Assembly (NCBI GenBank): GCA_040326155.1
Contig: JBEQLE010000035.1
Span: 1 to 43,102 of the forward strand
Source: Leptospirales bacterium
Lineage (GTDB): Bacteria; Spirochaetota; Leptospiria; Turneriellales; JAOUFE01
Reading direction: 5' to 3'
Length of the DNA: 43,102 nt
Shown here: piece by piece, positions 9,749-20,115 of the stretch
Layout: each line of letters starts with the position of its first letter
Numbering within the stretch: the first letter of the stretch is position 1
Program-made: the position numbers and the translations under genes
Notes under the pieces: generated by a model
Told to the model about the DNA's origin: nothing
The model's database searches: none
The model's input: only the letters and a program-made list of their open reading frames with translations

Positions 9749-11419
9749 TTATCGGTATTCGATTCTCATATCCTGAGGGTATTCAATGTAGTATTCGATA
9801 TCAATTACCTGTTTTTGCTTAGGTTTTATGCGAATTTTCCAGATCAGTATTCCGGGTAGCGTTGGATTGGCCTCTTCCGGCTCGGGCGATAGTTTCGTTG
9901 CTTCCACTTTAATGTTTTTATTCTTTGAGACCGGAATACGATCTCGAATTTCAACGGTTATATAGTCGTCACGAAGATTCTCCACTTCAATTCTATAATG
10001 ATAGGAGATACGAGTTTTTTTCCCAAGGCCGGAATTTTGACGGAAATCTTTTATTTTGGTTCGCGTCACCTTGAATTTTTCATCCGGTCCGAAGGGTAAG
10101 GTGAAAGTTTCTTTTGGGGCTACTCTGGGTAGAGAGGTTGTTCCAATATAGCTATTGTTAACAAAAAGAGCGGCTGGGCCTGGCAATATGGGGTAATTAA
10201 GACGATTTCGTATTTCCCCTTGAACAAATACAGCAGTACTAAGCATAGGAACCGTATTATATTCGAGTTTTGCGGAGAGTTTATCGGTAGTTATGGGTAT
10301 GGAATATCCGGTGCCATCGCTGGGAATATCGGCTGGTTTTCTGACATGAAAAGTCGTAGACGAGAACTCTTTTTGGACCCTTGTTACAGGTTTTTCTTCT
10401 TCTCTTTCTGCGGGTCCGGATCCGGCTGAATCCCCACTCATCATCGGAGATTCGTCAGCTTCTTCGCTATATCGGGAGCGTCCTTTGCTACTTTCTTTCT
10501 TTTTCTTATAGCGGCTAACATATTGGTCTACAGTGAGAGTTTTTAAATACGGAGGTTTTATTCCTTGCGCCGGTCTGGCGGTTGATAAAATCAGTTTTAC
10601 CTGATTCCAGGATTCTCCCGTGTTTTGTTTTATTTCGCCCATATATGTCAGTTCAACTTCGCGCCCATTGTCGGTTCGAATTTCATATTTAGGTCGCCAG
10701 GAGGCGTGTCTCATAATATAACTTATTTTAATGGTAACATTTGCCGAAACGAAAGAGTCAAGCCCGACTTGTAATACTTTTATACCTTTTTTTCTGCCTG
10801 AATAATTGGAAATTTGCTTGGAAATAGCCGATTTTTTTTCGTCAATCTCTTTGATTGCTCGCTTTAAACGTCGTTTGTCATCATCAATTTTTACCGCAGA
10901 TGTATAATAAAAATCTAACAGGGACTGCCAACTGCTGACATCAATTTTATTGACTTCAATTTCCCGATTATTCTCCTTAATCGATTTTATTTTTATGGAA
11001 GTTAGTATTTTTCGTTTTTCATCCAGTGCGCGAGATCGGGCGTATAATGCGTTACGATCTTGTTGTAGTTTATCCAACTGCTTTCGCAAAATTTCAACTT
11101 CTTCTTCCTTGTTTTCTTCCAGGTAGTTTGTTTTCAAGTCGTAATAAAATAACCTTACCCTGGCACCTTCGTTAAAGGATACGCGAACCGATCTTGAATC
11201 CAAATTCAGCGGTAAATCGGTGACCTGAATAAACATGCTCCCTTTTTCAAGTTTCAATGTTTTTTCTCGAGTGACCAAAGCCCGGTCATTGTAAACGGTT
11301 ACTTCAGTAGGTTTCGTTTTAATTGTAAGTATTTTTTTTTCTGCCGGTATCGATGGTGTAATTACAGGAATTCCTGAAATCATCGCGACAATTAAGATAA
11401 GATGGCTAAATTTTTTCAT
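9749..11419 (-). CDS. DUF4140/DUF4139 (MuiA-like) secreted protein
   Basis: Signal peptide; VTVYNDRA.VTR, ASWRPKY, QNTGESW..V.L.LSTA.P, ILPGPA.LF, FGPD, DRIPVS. Confidence 0.88.
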   Translation of the reverse strand: MKKFSHLILIVAMISGIPVITPSIPAEKKILTIKTKPTEVTVYNDRALVTREKTLKLEKGSMFIQVTDLPLNLDSRSVRVSFNEGARVRLFYYDLKTNYLEENKEEEVEILRKQLDKLQQDRNALYARSRALDEKRKILTSIKIKSIKENNREIEVNKIDVSSWQSLLDFYYTSAVKIDDDKRRLKRAIKEIDEKKSAISKQISNYSGRKKGIKVLQVGLDSFVSANVTIKISYIMRHASWRPKYEIRTDNGREVELTYMGEIKQNTGESWNQVKLILSTARPAQGIKPPYLKTLTVDQYVSRYKKKKESSKGRSRYSEEADESPMMSGDSAGSGPAEREEEKPVTRVQKEFSSTTFHVRKPADIPSDGTGYSIPITTDKLSAKLEYNTVPMLSTAVFVQGEIRNRLNYPILPGPAALFVNNSYIGTTSLPRVAPKETFTLPFGPDEKFKVTRTKIKDFRQNSGLGKKTRISYHYRIEVENLRDDYITVEIRDRIPVSKNKNIKVEATKLSPEPEEANPTLPGILIWKIRIKPKQKQVIDIEYYIEYPQDMRIEYR

Positions 11420-11568
11420 ATTATTTCTCCGGCTGGTTCTCGTACTCTCATTGGGAAACGATACACTGATTTATACACTACCGTACCTATTGTCAATAAA
11501 TTCTTGCAGGATAGAGGATAAATAATATCGACCTCACTTTTATTGACAAATTATAATTTTAATTGGCG

Positions 11569-12090
11569 TCATTTAGAATTTGCTAATTTCGAGATTTCAC
11601 TTTTCTTTTTATCTGAGATCTCGCCGGTTTCGGCGTAAGTTTTCCAGTCGCTCATAAAACCCTTGATCTGCTTAGCAAATTTTTGCTGTATCGCTTTTCC
11701 CAGCAAAAAACCTTTTAGACCTTGGACATCGGCCGTAATGTTCGAAGAAATTCTACAGTTGTCTGCGTCTATTTTTTCAACTCTGAGGGCATTTTGAAGG
11801 CCTGAAACAAATTTTGGTAGTTTTTCTCCATGCGCATTCCAGGATATTTCATGTTTCTTCTCATCAAAATGTATAATTCTTTCATCAAAAATCCCGAAAG
11901 AACCCAGGTCGCAAAATCGCCCCCCGGCGGGCGCGTTTGTCTGTTTTTTTGACACCGACTCGTTTTCCCATGACTTTTGTATACCTCTGGCCCAATCAGC
12001 AATATTCACAAAGTCAGGCCCGATGACCCCCCATGCCTTGGCGGCATTTGTATTTACCTCATATGATTGTTGTATTTCCAGTTTTCCCAT
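11569..12090 (-). CDS. SRPBCC (polyketide cyclase/START) family protein
   Basis: A.KAW.VIGPDF.NIADW, GGRFC, ERIIHFD; SD AGGAG before ATG 12090. Confidence 0.8.
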   Translation of the reverse strand: MGKLEIQQSYEVNTNAAKAWGVIGPDFVNIADWARGIQKSWENESVSKKQTNAPAGGRFCDLGSFGIFDERIIHFDEKKHEISWNAHGEKLPKFVSGLQNALRVEKIDADNCRISSNITADVQGLKGFLLGKAIQQKFAKQIKGFMSDWKTYAETGEISDKKKSEISKLANSK

Positions 12091-12120
12091 TTTGATCTCC
12101 TTTTTATAAGTATTGTGTTT

Positions 12121-12232
12121 AAACATTTGTTAAAAACAATCGTATTGTCGGTGCAACTGCCTTGATAAATGTAACACTTGTTACATTGTACACAAATAAC
12201 AAAAAAATGGCCAAAAAAAATAACATTTGTTA
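12121..12232. promoter_or_regulatory. Three candidate TetR operator sites between the divergent SRPBCC and TetR genes
   Basis: Perfect AATGTAACA-ct-TGTTACATT at 12168-12187; related AACATTTGTTA at 12122-12132 and 12222-12232. Confidence 0.7.
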
Positions 12233-12245
12233 CATTTTCTATAAC

Positions 12246-12857
12246 ATGTCAGATTCAAAAAATCGACTGCTACGAGCAGGCCTGGAGCTATTTGCAGAAA
12301 AAGGGTACAAATCAGCTTCGGTTCGTACCATTTGTGATCGCGCAGAAGTCACAATCAATATGATTAGTCATCATTTTGGAGGAAAAAAGGGATTGTTGCA
12401 GGCTGTTATAAACCGCTTTGGGCAAGATGTCTATATTGCGCCTTTGCGCATTATTCGCGAAGAAGCAAAAAACAAAGAAGATTTTACTATACGGCTGAGA
12501 TTATTCACATATGAAACAATGCATGCTATGTTAAACAATAAGGCATTATTGAAAATTCTCTATAACCCAGGGGAATTAACAGAAATTATTGATGCAAAAG
12601 AAGTGTTTGCTCAGGTAATCGAATACCAATCGAAGTATCTCGATTTTTTAAAATCGGGTGTCAAAGTCCGGGCTGTTCGTAGTGACATAGATCTATCCAT
12701 GCTTACTGGTTTGCTCTGGGACCGTATGGTGTTTCAGGTTCTCTATCAAAAAACTATGGTTGATATATTTCAAGGACCGGATATTAGCGAACAAGAATAC
12801 CGGCAAGAGTGGCTTGATGCAAATCTTGAGCTATTTTTAAAGGGGTTACTAACTTAA
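12246..12857 (+). CDS. TetR/AcrR family regulator
   Basis: RLLRAGLELFAEKGY...SVRTIC.RA.V..NMISHHFGGKKGL HTH; ATG 12246 preferred. Confidence 0.92.
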   Translation: MSDSKNRLLRAGLELFAEKGYKSASVRTICDRAEVTINMISHHFGGKKGLLQAVINRFGQDVYIAPLRIIREEAKNKEDFTIRLRLFTYETMHAMLNNKALLKILYNPGELTEIIDAKEVFAQVIEYQSKYLDFLKSGVKVRAVRSDIDLSMLTGLLWDRMVFQVLYQKTMVDIFQGPDISEQEYRQEWLDANLELFLKGLLT

Positions 12858-12902
12858 AGTTTTATATAATGAGAAAATTTTACCTTACACCGTATATCCT
12901 GA

Positions 12903-12932
12903 TTGACACGACATGATGGGAAAATATATTAT
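12903..12932 (+). promoter_or_regulatory. Sigma70 promoter of rpmB, probably giving a leaderless mRNA
   Basis: TTGACA 12903-12908; TATATT/TATTAT 12925-12932; ATG at 12938; no SD. Confidence 0.6.
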
Positions 12933-12937
12933 CCATT

Positions 12938-13162
12938 ATGGCTAGACGATGCGAATTAACAGGGAAGGGAACCAGAACGGGTCACAATGTGAGCCACTCC
13001 CACCGCAAAACAAAAAGAACTTTCAAAGCAAACGTACATAAAAAGAGAATTTTTCTGGAAGACGAGAAAAAATGGGTAACCATGAACGTCTCCACACGAG
13101 CTTTGAGAACTATCCAAAAAAATGGCGTTCGTTCGCTAATGAAACAAAGCAAAGCTACCTGA
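12938..13162 (+). CDS. rpmB: 50S ribosomal protein L28 (single-Cys form)
   Basis: [10 protein letters not shown]...[19 protein letters not shown]. Confidence 0.97.
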   Translation: MARRCELTGKGTRTGHNVSHSHRKTKRTFKANVHKKRIFLEDEKKWVTMNVSTRALRTIQKNGVRSLMKQSKAT

Positions 13163-13178
13163 TACGATTCTCTTTGTG

Positions 13179-14309
13179 TTAGTCTAATCGACTACTCGCT
13201 TTAGTATGTTTCGAATTATTAGATTCGTCTGGGTTTTTTATTTCAGTAGTTTCTGCTAGAACTCTATCAATAAGCGCATCTTGAAATTCAGTTTTATATT
13301 GATGATTAAAGTAGTGTCCACCTTCGAACCAGATCAGGGTTTTCCCCTTTGGGGCTATCAGTGAATTGAAATATCGCTCTGCTACAGAGCCAAAAATAAT
13401 AGTGTCATCTTTCCCCATTAATAAATAGACAGGAACATCTAATCGAGGAACTGTCTCAAACAAATTTACTGCAAATACTTCTTTAAATAAATGATTAAGA
13501 GAAAACTCTATGGCTCCCGGAACTCGTAAAGATTCGAAAAATGTATATTCACTCGCCCCCAACAAGTACGAAACGACTAAACCCTGCATGGTCGCATCAA
13601 ATTTATTTCCAAATTCTCCCAGCCATTTTCTAGAATTCATAAAGTCTTCGAGACTTTTATAAGGTGGAGTACCGATCTCTTTTAGCTCTTTCAGTGCTTC
13701 CTCATTGCCGGCTTCTTCAGCCTTTTCCAGCATCATATTGTACCCCAGTAGTTCACTTTCTAAAACGTTCGTCATTTGCCCGACGCCAATATATGCTTTT
13801 ACTAAATCGGGGCGACGACTTGCGGTCATTGGTCCGACAATGGCTCCCCAGGAAAGTCCACATACATAAACGCTGGAAACCCCAAATCTATTTTTTAAAT
13901 ATTCAATTACCTCAATAGTATCCACAACAAATTGCTCTATATTCATTGTCTCCAGGGGTATGTCCTGGTCATAAAGCTTTCCCGCCCCCCGTTGTTCCCA
14001 GGAAACCACGACAAAATGGTTTTCCAGTTTTTCGGTTACATGTCGGGAGTACCCTATGAGTGGCATTCCAGGTCCACCATGCAATATCAGTAAAACCGGG
14101 TTTGAACTGTCGACGCCGCGAAACATCATTTGTTGTTTTATATTACCAATGTCCAAGGTCTCTATGGTAGCGATTGAATTTTCACCTTCAATATCTGCTG
14201 TGGAAGATGTCCGTAAGCTCTCTTTGGTCAACCATGCCCCGGCTAAAAACAGTACAATTAAAATAATTCGGATTAATATTTTTTTTATATTTTTTTGTTT
14301 CTTTTTCAT
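13179..14309 (-). CDS. Membrane-anchored alpha/beta hydrolase (proline iminopeptidase-like)
   Basis: N-term TM; LHGGPG, WEQRGAG, GLSWG nucleophile elbow, GKDD, GGH. Confidence 0.88.
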   Translation of the reverse strand: MKKKQKNIKKILIRIILIVLFLAGAWLTKESLRTSSTADIEGENSIATIETLDIGNIKQQMMFRGVDSSNPVLLILHGGPGMPLIGYSRHVTEKLENHFVVVSWEQRGAGKLYDQDIPLETMNIEQFVVDTIEVIEYLKNRFGVSSVYVCGLSWGAIVGPMTASRRPDLVKAYIGVGQMTNVLESELLGYNMMLEKAEEAGNEEALKELKEIGTPPYKSLEDFMNSRKWLGEFGNKFDATMQGLVVSYLLGASEYTFFESLRVPGAIEFSLNHLFKEVFAVNLFETVPRLDVPVYLLMGKDDTIIFGSVAERYFNSLIAPKGKTLIWFEGGHYFNHQYKTEFQDALIDRVLAETTEIKNPDESNNSKHTKASSRLD

Positions 14310-14564
14310 AGCCCATTCCCTGTTTCTATCTTTTTTTTGAAATTTATTATACAGTAATCAAATTTCGTACAACAGACTATTCGCATACATCTTTTAGGTA
14401 GACAACCCAAAAATATAAAAAAATCTTTTCTGGTGGGGTAGGTTAATTTTTATATTGGATGCTCGATTTGCATCGTTTCCCTGGATATATTATTACCACT
14501 TTTTGAATGCGCTCACGTCAGGAAGGACCTGGCATGAGCGCATCTAAAAGTTGCAATGTAAGGC

Positions 14565-15434
14565 TTAAAGACTAATAAACCCGAGTTCTCTAACGACGGC
14601 TTGCCCGGCCTCGCTTTTAATAAACTCAATAAACGGAGTCGCTTTTTCAAGAAAGGCATCATTGGTATACATTTGCAGTGTGCGTCCAAGAGGATACTTG
14701 TCTTTGCCGGAATTTGCAATCGACGGTAGAAAGTATTTTCCATTGTCTGGGTTTTCCATTTTCAACGACGTAACTTCGTCCGTCAACCATCCCATACCTA
14801 CATATGAAATAGCGCTTATATTTCCTTTTACCTGGTCAATAATTTGCTGAGATGAGTTTGCAAAAGTAATCGAAGTGCCATACTCTGCATCCGAGTCTTT
14901 TTTGCCCAGACGAACCACTTCTTCTTTAAAGTATACGTGAGTTCCGGAATTATTTTCCCGTGAAAGGGCTAGAATCGGAGAGTCGTTACCGCCCACCTCT
15001 TTCCAGTTAGTAATTTTACCAGTAAAAATATCTCTTAACTGTTTTAACGTAAGCTGCTTTACAGGATTGTCTGGGTGAACAACCACCGCAAGCATGTCAA
15101 TTGCCACAATGTGTTCGGTAATTTTAATACCTTTACCTTCGGCAAGTTTCCACTCTTTGTCTTTCATCGTTCGCGAGGCAGTGGCAATATCGGTCTGACC
15201 GTTCAGTAAGGTCGCTATACCAGTACCACTTCCGCCACCCGAAACCGAAACCATTTTAGTTGGGTTCACTTCCATGAATTTTTTTGCCAGGTTCTGTACC
15301 AGTTGAACCATAGTATCCGAACCGGAAACATTCAAGGTCTGGCTTTTTCCACCACACGCCGAAAGGGTCAGAATGGTGAGAAGGCTAACACCTGTAATGA
15401 ACCCTGTAATAAAACTTTTCTTCCTATTAAACAT
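14565..15434 (-). CDS. pstS: Phosphate ABC transporter substrate-binding lipoprotein
   Basis: Lipobox LSAC; GSDTM, GGGSGTGI, ASR, SRENNSGT, YPLGR. Confidence 0.92.
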   Translation of the reverse strand: MFNRKKSFITGFITGVSLLTILTLSACGGKSQTLNVSGSDTMVQLVQNLAKKFMEVNPTKMVSVSGGGSGTGIATLLNGQTDIATASRTMKDKEWKLAEGKGIKITEHIVAIDMLAVVVHPDNPVKQLTLKQLRDIFTGKITNWKEVGGNDSPILALSRENNSGTHVYFKEEVVRLGKKDSDAEYGTSITFANSSQQIIDQVKGNISAISYVGMGWLTDEVTSLKMENPDNGKYFLPSIANSGKDKYPLGRTLQMYTNDAFLEKATPFIEFIKSEAGQAVVRELGFISL

Positions 15435-15504
15435 TGTTTCTCCTTGATATAAATTTAAGCTTAATCCTTGTTAGACTAATGAAAAATATTCTTTTAATAA
15501 AATC

Positions 15505-15557
15505 AGTATACTACATCTGATTAAAACCGAATTAAACAAATGTTAATTTTGTGTTAA
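15505..15557 (-). promoter_or_regulatory. Pho-box-like array and -10 element upstream of pstS
   Basis: Minus strand TTAACA/TTAACA/TTAATT/TTAATC at exact 11-bp period; TATACT at 15510-15505. Confidence 0.75.
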
Positions 15558-15620
15558 AAGTCACAATGTCGTATAGTAACCAACTACTAAAAATTCAACT
15601 GTTTTTCTTGGTATTCATGA

Positions 15621-16946
15621 TTAAATGGACGCTGTTTTTGGAAGTGTGATGGTGAAAATTGTTCCCACCGGTGAATTTGCTCTTGCGCGGATGGTTCCCC
15701 CATGCGCTTCAATTATGGTTTTACACAGATGTAACCCGAGTCCATACCCCTGTTTTTGCGGGGTTCTGGCATTTTCAATTTGAAAAAACGGTTCGAAAAT
15801 TTTCTCTCTATACTCTTTAGATATTCCCTTGCCTTCATCTTGAATTTTCCAGATAAATTCAAGTTCATTTTCAAGAAGTGAAATACGAATTGTTCCCCCA
15901 TCCCCATGCTTCACAGCGTTTTCGAATATATTACTAATGACCCGGCTCCATTTTTCCGTATCTATTTCCACTTTTGTTAACGCTTTGGGTATTTTACTTT
16001 TAATTATTATATCAGGATGAACCTGTTTTGCCGCATCCATCGCTTTTCGGGTTATTACGGATGGGTCAATCAACGTTGTGTGAAGATAATCTTCACTTAC
16101 AGGTCGATAGGTTTCCAGTATTTCAGATATCAGTTTTTCGAGTTCAAGAATGTCCTCCATTGCCGAGACTTTCTCTTCACTTTTCGGTAGAAAATCTATA
16201 GCAAGTTTCAAACGGGTCAGGGGGCTGCGCAGTTCATGACTCATATCGCGCAACATTCTCTCCCGGTTCTCAATCATTTCGCCAATACGTTTTATCATAT
16301 TATTAAAACCCTGCGCGGTTTTTGCGAGCTCTCGGGGACGTTTCAGATCAAGTGTAGTATCGAGTTTACCGCTGGAGACTTCAGCAAATGCCCTCTCGAT
16401 TTTCTTTATCGGCAATAAAAGTTTACGTAAAATTAACCATGCAAAAAACAATACCAGAGTTAAAAAAACCAGTAGGGGGAGTACCCGATTGTACCCCGAA
16501 CCGCCACCTCGGTCGATCAAAAAGAGAATCTGTCCATTTTTTGTATTTTCTATTCTGTAAAAAGATCCCCTGAAAATACCATATGGTTTTTCACCGACAT
16601 ACGCTTTCATCTCTGCAATACCAAGGTCTTTGGGGTCGGTTTTCCAAGATCTCAAGTTTGTATTTTTTCCCGGTTCAAATACTATTTCAATAGCAATCTC
16701 TTTTCTGAGTTGCATTCCTTTTTCCAATAAAGGTGGGTCTCCTAATTCCTGAACAATGTATCCAACGTAACGGTCAAAGTGGGCCATCGCTTTAGAATCA
16801 ACGCCCTTGGTAATTTGAAAATATAAAATTACAGCGCCATGTATCGATATTGCCGCCAGAACAAGTATAAAAACCAGGTGAAAAAAAAGGGAGCGTGGGG
16901 CCTGCACCCTTCCCCGTCTTTTAGTGGGATTAAAACGATCTCTCAT
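15621..16946 (-). CDS. Sensor histidine kinase (2TM, HAMP, HisKA, HATPase)
   Basis: MSHELRSPLTRL H-box, ENAVKH, DEGKGI, GYGLGL. Confidence 0.95.
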   Translation of the reverse strand: MRDRFNPTKRRGRVQAPRSLFFHLVFILVLAAISIHGAVILYFQITKGVDSKAMAHFDRYVGYIVQELGDPPLLEKGMQLRKEIAIEIVFEPGKNTNLRSWKTDPKDLGIAEMKAYVGEKPYGIFRGSFYRIENTKNGQILFLIDRGGGSGYNRVLPLLVFLTLVLFFAWLILRKLLLPIKKIERAFAEVSSGKLDTTLDLKRPRELAKTAQGFNNMIKRIGEMIENRERMLRDMSHELRSPLTRLKLAIDFLPKSEEKVSAMEDILELEKLISEILETYRPVSEDYLHTTLIDPSVITRKAMDAAKQVHPDIIIKSKIPKALTKVEIDTEKWSRVISNIFENAVKHGDGGTIRISLLENELEFIWKIQDEGKGISKEYREKIFEPFFQIENARTPQKQGYGLGLHLCKTIIEAHGGTIRARANSPVGTIFTITLPKTASI

Positions 16947-17635
16947 ATATCCACCGTTAACATGTAACCCTGCCCGTGTAAAGTTTTTATAAATCTAGGT
17001 TTTTTAGGGTCATCATTAATTTTTCTACGAAGGCGACTCACCAAAATATCCACCGAGCGTTGAAAAGGATCAAACTCATCGCCATATAAAGCTTCGGTAA
17101 TCTGCCCTCGGGTCACAACCGTGTTTCGGTTTTCCAACAAAAATTCAAGCAACCGAAATTCATTAGAAGTAAAGTCGGACTGTTTTCCATCGACCAGAAC
17201 GGACCGTCGTTGCAAGTCTACCTTTACCGGCCCAAATTCAATTTGTTTACCTTCGGGAATTTTTCCTGTTGTTGAAGTGCGCCGCAAAACGGCTTCCATT
17301 CTCGCTTCAATTTCGGTCGAATCAAACGGCTTGGGAATATAATCGTCTGCGCCTAAACGCAACCCCACCACTCTGTCCGAGGTGTCCCCGCGAGCGGTAA
17401 GCATAATAACTGGAATTTCACTGAATTTGCGGATTTTTCTTAAAACTTCGAACCCGTCATCTCCGGGCATCATCACATCAAGTAGTACAAGATCGTATTG
17501 TTTTTTTTTCAGGGCATGTATTCCCTCTACCCCATTAGGGGCCGAGTCGGGATTGTACCCCCGCTCGGCAAAGAAGCGCTGCAGGAGGGTGCAGAGCTTA
17601 GCGTCATCATCAATAATCAAAATCTTTTTTTTCAC
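16943..17635 (-). CDS. OmpR/CpxR-type response regulator
   Basis: IIDDD, LLDVMMP, MLTARG, GADDYIPKPF, winged helix IKTLHGQGY. Confidence 0.95.
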   Translation of the reverse strand: MKKKILIIDDDAKLCTLLQRFFAERGYNPDSAPNGVEGIHALKKKQYDLVLLDVMMPGDDGFEVLRKIRKFSEIPVIMLTARGDTSDRVVGLRLGADDYIPKPFDSTEIEARMEAVLRRTSTTGKIPEGKQIEFGPVKVDLQRRSVLVDGKQSDFTSNEFRLLEFLLENRNTVVTRGQITEALYGDEFDPFQRSVDILVSRLRRKINDDPKKPRFIKTLHGQGYMLTVDI

Positions 17636-17681
17636 TTTTTCACTTTTTAATAATTTGTCATATGTTTAATTTATAATGACG

Positions 17682-17703
17682 GCCCCGCATTTTCAAACGG
17701 GGC
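17682..17703 (-). terminator. Stem-loop between the spy-like gene and the response regulator
   Basis: GCCCCG-N10-CGGGGC; no U-tract, so weak terminator or processing stem. Confidence 0.4.
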
Positions 17704-17729
17704 ATGAAATGATATTGGAATTATCGAGG

Positions 17730-18173
17730 TTATTTACTCCTGTGTTTCTTCCATTTCTCAACTACTTTCGCTCGTTGCTCCGGCGTCAATATATCATGAA
17801 ATTCCGCTGTCGATTCGACAACCAGTTTTCTCATTTTGGTTACATCTTTCTCAGCCCCGATCAATACTGAATTTACGGCGCGAGAATCAAAAGTATCACT
17901 TTCAAATTGTGCTAAAAAAACGTTCGCAACTTTCTCTCGCGTATCACGATAGCCAGGAACCTCTTTAACAATTTTATCTGTCAATTTATATAATCTTTCC
18001 TTTTGTTCCGAAGTCATGTCAAGTTTGGACGCAATCTTATCGGCCCCTTTATGCATATGTTCCGAACTAAATTTATGGCCGTACCCATGGTGTCCATAGC
18101 TGTGGCAACCAATAGCCATAACCCCACCGATGACGCCAACGATACCAGCGACTATTGCAATTGTTTTAAACAT
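17730..18173 (-). CDS. Spy/CpxP family periplasmic protein with His-rich N-terminus
   Basis: LDMTSEQK and ILTPEQR motifs; SD AAGGAG before ATG 18173. Confidence 0.85.
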   Translation of the reverse strand: MFKTIAIVAGIVGVIGGVMAIGCHSYGHHGYGHKFSSEHMHKGADKIASKLDMTSEQKERLYKLTDKIVKEVPGYRDTREKVANVFLAQFESDTFDSRAVNSVLIGAEKDVTKMRKLVVESTAEFHDILTPEQRAKVVEKWKKHRSK

Positions 18174-18216
18174 CTTATGCTCCTTCATTTTTGATAATAC
18201 TAGAATAAGAACCCGG

Positions 18217-18256
18217 TGTAACAAAGTTGTAACAAAATAGCAAAAAGTTGTAACAA
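18217..18256 (-). promoter_or_regulatory. Direct-repeat box for an OmpR-type regulator upstream of the spy-like gene
   Basis: TGTAACAA at 18217, 18228 and 18249. Confidence 0.65.
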
Positions 18257-18455
18257 TACTCGAAAATTTAGAAAAATTTATTCTGGGAAAAATACCTTAT
18301 TAAAGGGGAAAAGCGGGGTTTTTATTCTGCGCGAATGGAAACTGATCAGCGACAAGTGAATGATAAGTATAAAGCGTTCCTTGCATATTCTGCCTGCCTT
18401 ATACGAATTTGCGCTTGTCCGTCTGTATCCAAAATCAGTTAAGCTTACATTCTAT

Positions 18456-20006
18456 ATGAATGACCATGCATCGGAAAAAGTGTTTAGTGAAGCAGAGCTG
18501 GAAAAGTGCCTGGATGTGCTTGGCTCGTTGTCGAAAGATGCAACTTTATGGGCGCAGCTGAGCGAAGAGAGGCGAATTGCGTTTTCAAAAGTATGCGGGC
18601 AGTTGTCGCGTCCAGACCGTGATGAAATTCGTTTCCGGCGCAAGCAGATGCGAAAAGTCGAAAAGCAGAAAATCGTCTCGAAAGAGCGGCAAGCCAGGTC
18701 ACAAACCGGTATTCGTCAGGCCAGAACATCTGACGTATTTACGGCCCCCGTTAAGTCGCAGCTAACGGACAATGGTCCTAAGGCCGAGAGACCGCAACTT
18801 AATTCTCCGCGCAACTGTTATGTCTGTAAAGCCGAGTATGTAAAACTGCACCACTTTTACGACTCCATGTGTTCGGAGTGCGGCGATTTTAATTACGAAA
18901 AACGCTTTGCCAGTTGTGACCTGAGCGGCCAGACTGCGCTCATTACCGGTGCTCGTTTGAAAATCGGTTACCAGGCTGCGCTTTTAATGCTTCGGTCCGG
19001 GGCGAACGTTGTGGTCACAACCCGTTTTCCCGTCGACGCCGCCACGCGCTACAGCAAAGAAGCTGACTTCGAAAAGTGGCAAGATCGTCTGCATATACAC
19101 GGTCTTGATCTGCGACATACTCCCAGTGTAGAATTGTTCTGCGATTTTTTTATCGGTCAATACAAACGTCTCGACCTGTTAATAAACAATGCCGCTCAGA
19201 CAGTACGGCGTCCGCCCGGATTCTACAGTCATCTTTTGCCAGTTGAATCTATGCACCAAAATGAACTACCTGAAAATGTACAACAATTGCTTGGCGATTT
19301 CACCGTCTGTAAAAACTTTCTGAGTTCAGCTGCGAGCAGTGACCAGTCAATTTCTACAACGTTACCTGCCGAGTGGCAAGACCGATCACCCGGTGTTGGC
19401 ATTCGAAAGTCTGCAACCCTGTCGCAAATACCATATACTCATGACGACCTTCAACTAAGCGAACCGATTTTTCCGGAGGGTAAGCTTGACGCTGACTTGC
19501 AGCAGGTTGACCTTCGAGAGACGAATAGTTGGAGGCTCAAGCTGGGGCAGATAGCTACGGCAGAAATGTTGGAACTTCAGTTGATAAATTCCGTTGCGCC
19601 TTTTGTTTTGTGTAATCGTCTGGTGGGTCTTATGCGGTTAGATTTTACAGGACAAAAACATGTCGTAAATGTCTCGGCCATGGAGGGCAAATTTTACAGA
19701 TTTAAAAAGGCCGACAGGCACCCTCATACGAATATGGCGAAAGCGGCCCTGAACATGTTGACTCACACTTCGGCCGGCGACCTTGCCAAAGATGGAATTT
19801 TTATGAATGCGGTGGACACCGGTTGGGTGACCGACGAAGACCCCGTCGCGCTTTCAGAGCTGAAGCAAAAGCAACATGATTTTCAACCCCCGCTTGACAT
19901 CGTCGATGGAGCCGCCAGAGTTTGCGATCCGTTTATTCACGGAATTCAAACCGGCGATCATGTCTGGGGAAAATTCCTGAAAGATTATAAACCCATCGAC
20001 TGGTAA
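18456..20006 (+). CDS. SDR family oxidoreductase with N-terminal Cys cluster
   Basis: [49 protein letters not shown] 18456 preferred. Confidence 0.9.
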   Translation: MNDHASEKVFSEAELEKCLDVLGSLSKDATLWAQLSEERRIAFSKVCGQLSRPDRDEIRFRRKQMRKVEKQKIVSKERQARSQTGIRQARTSDVFTAPVKSQLTDNGPKAERPQLNSPRNCYVCKAEYVKLHHFYDSMCSECGDFNYEKRFASCDLSGQTALITGARLKIGYQAALLMLRSGANVVVTTRFPVDAATRYSKEADFEKWQDRLHIHGLDLRHTPSVELFCDFFIGQYKRLDLLINNAAQTVRRPPGFYSHLLPVESMHQNELPENVQQLLGDFTVCKNFLSSAASSDQSISTTLPAEWQDRSPGVGIRKSATLSQIPYTHDDLQLSEPIFPEGKLDADLQQVDLRETNSWRLKLGQIATAEMLELQLINSVAPFVLCNRLVGLMRLDFTGQKHVVNVSAMEGKFYRFKKADRHPHTNMAKAALNMLTHTSAGDLAKDGIFMNAVDTGWVTDEDPVALSELKQKQHDFQPPLDIVDGAARVCDPFIHGIQTGDHVWGKFLKDYKPIDW

Positions 20007-20057
20007 CTGGAAACACGGCTGGCGAAGTCCCCTGTATTTTTTAAATGTAAAGGTCTT

Positions 20058-20093
20058 TTATTCCGCAGGTTCGCAGTGCGGTATTCAACCGAA
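20058..20093 (+). repeat. Dispersed repeat family A, copy 1
   Basis: TTATTCCGCAGGTTCGCAGTGCGGTATTCAACCG; inverted copy at 21047-21080. Confidence 0.8.
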
Positions 20094-20115
20094 ATAGAGA
20101 CCGGTTACCTTATTC

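Noticed and set aside
15621..17635. Calling the two-component pair phoBR because it adjoins pstS
   Set aside because: The kinase has HAMP and no evident PAS, and the operon begins with a Spy/CpxP gene carrying a different box
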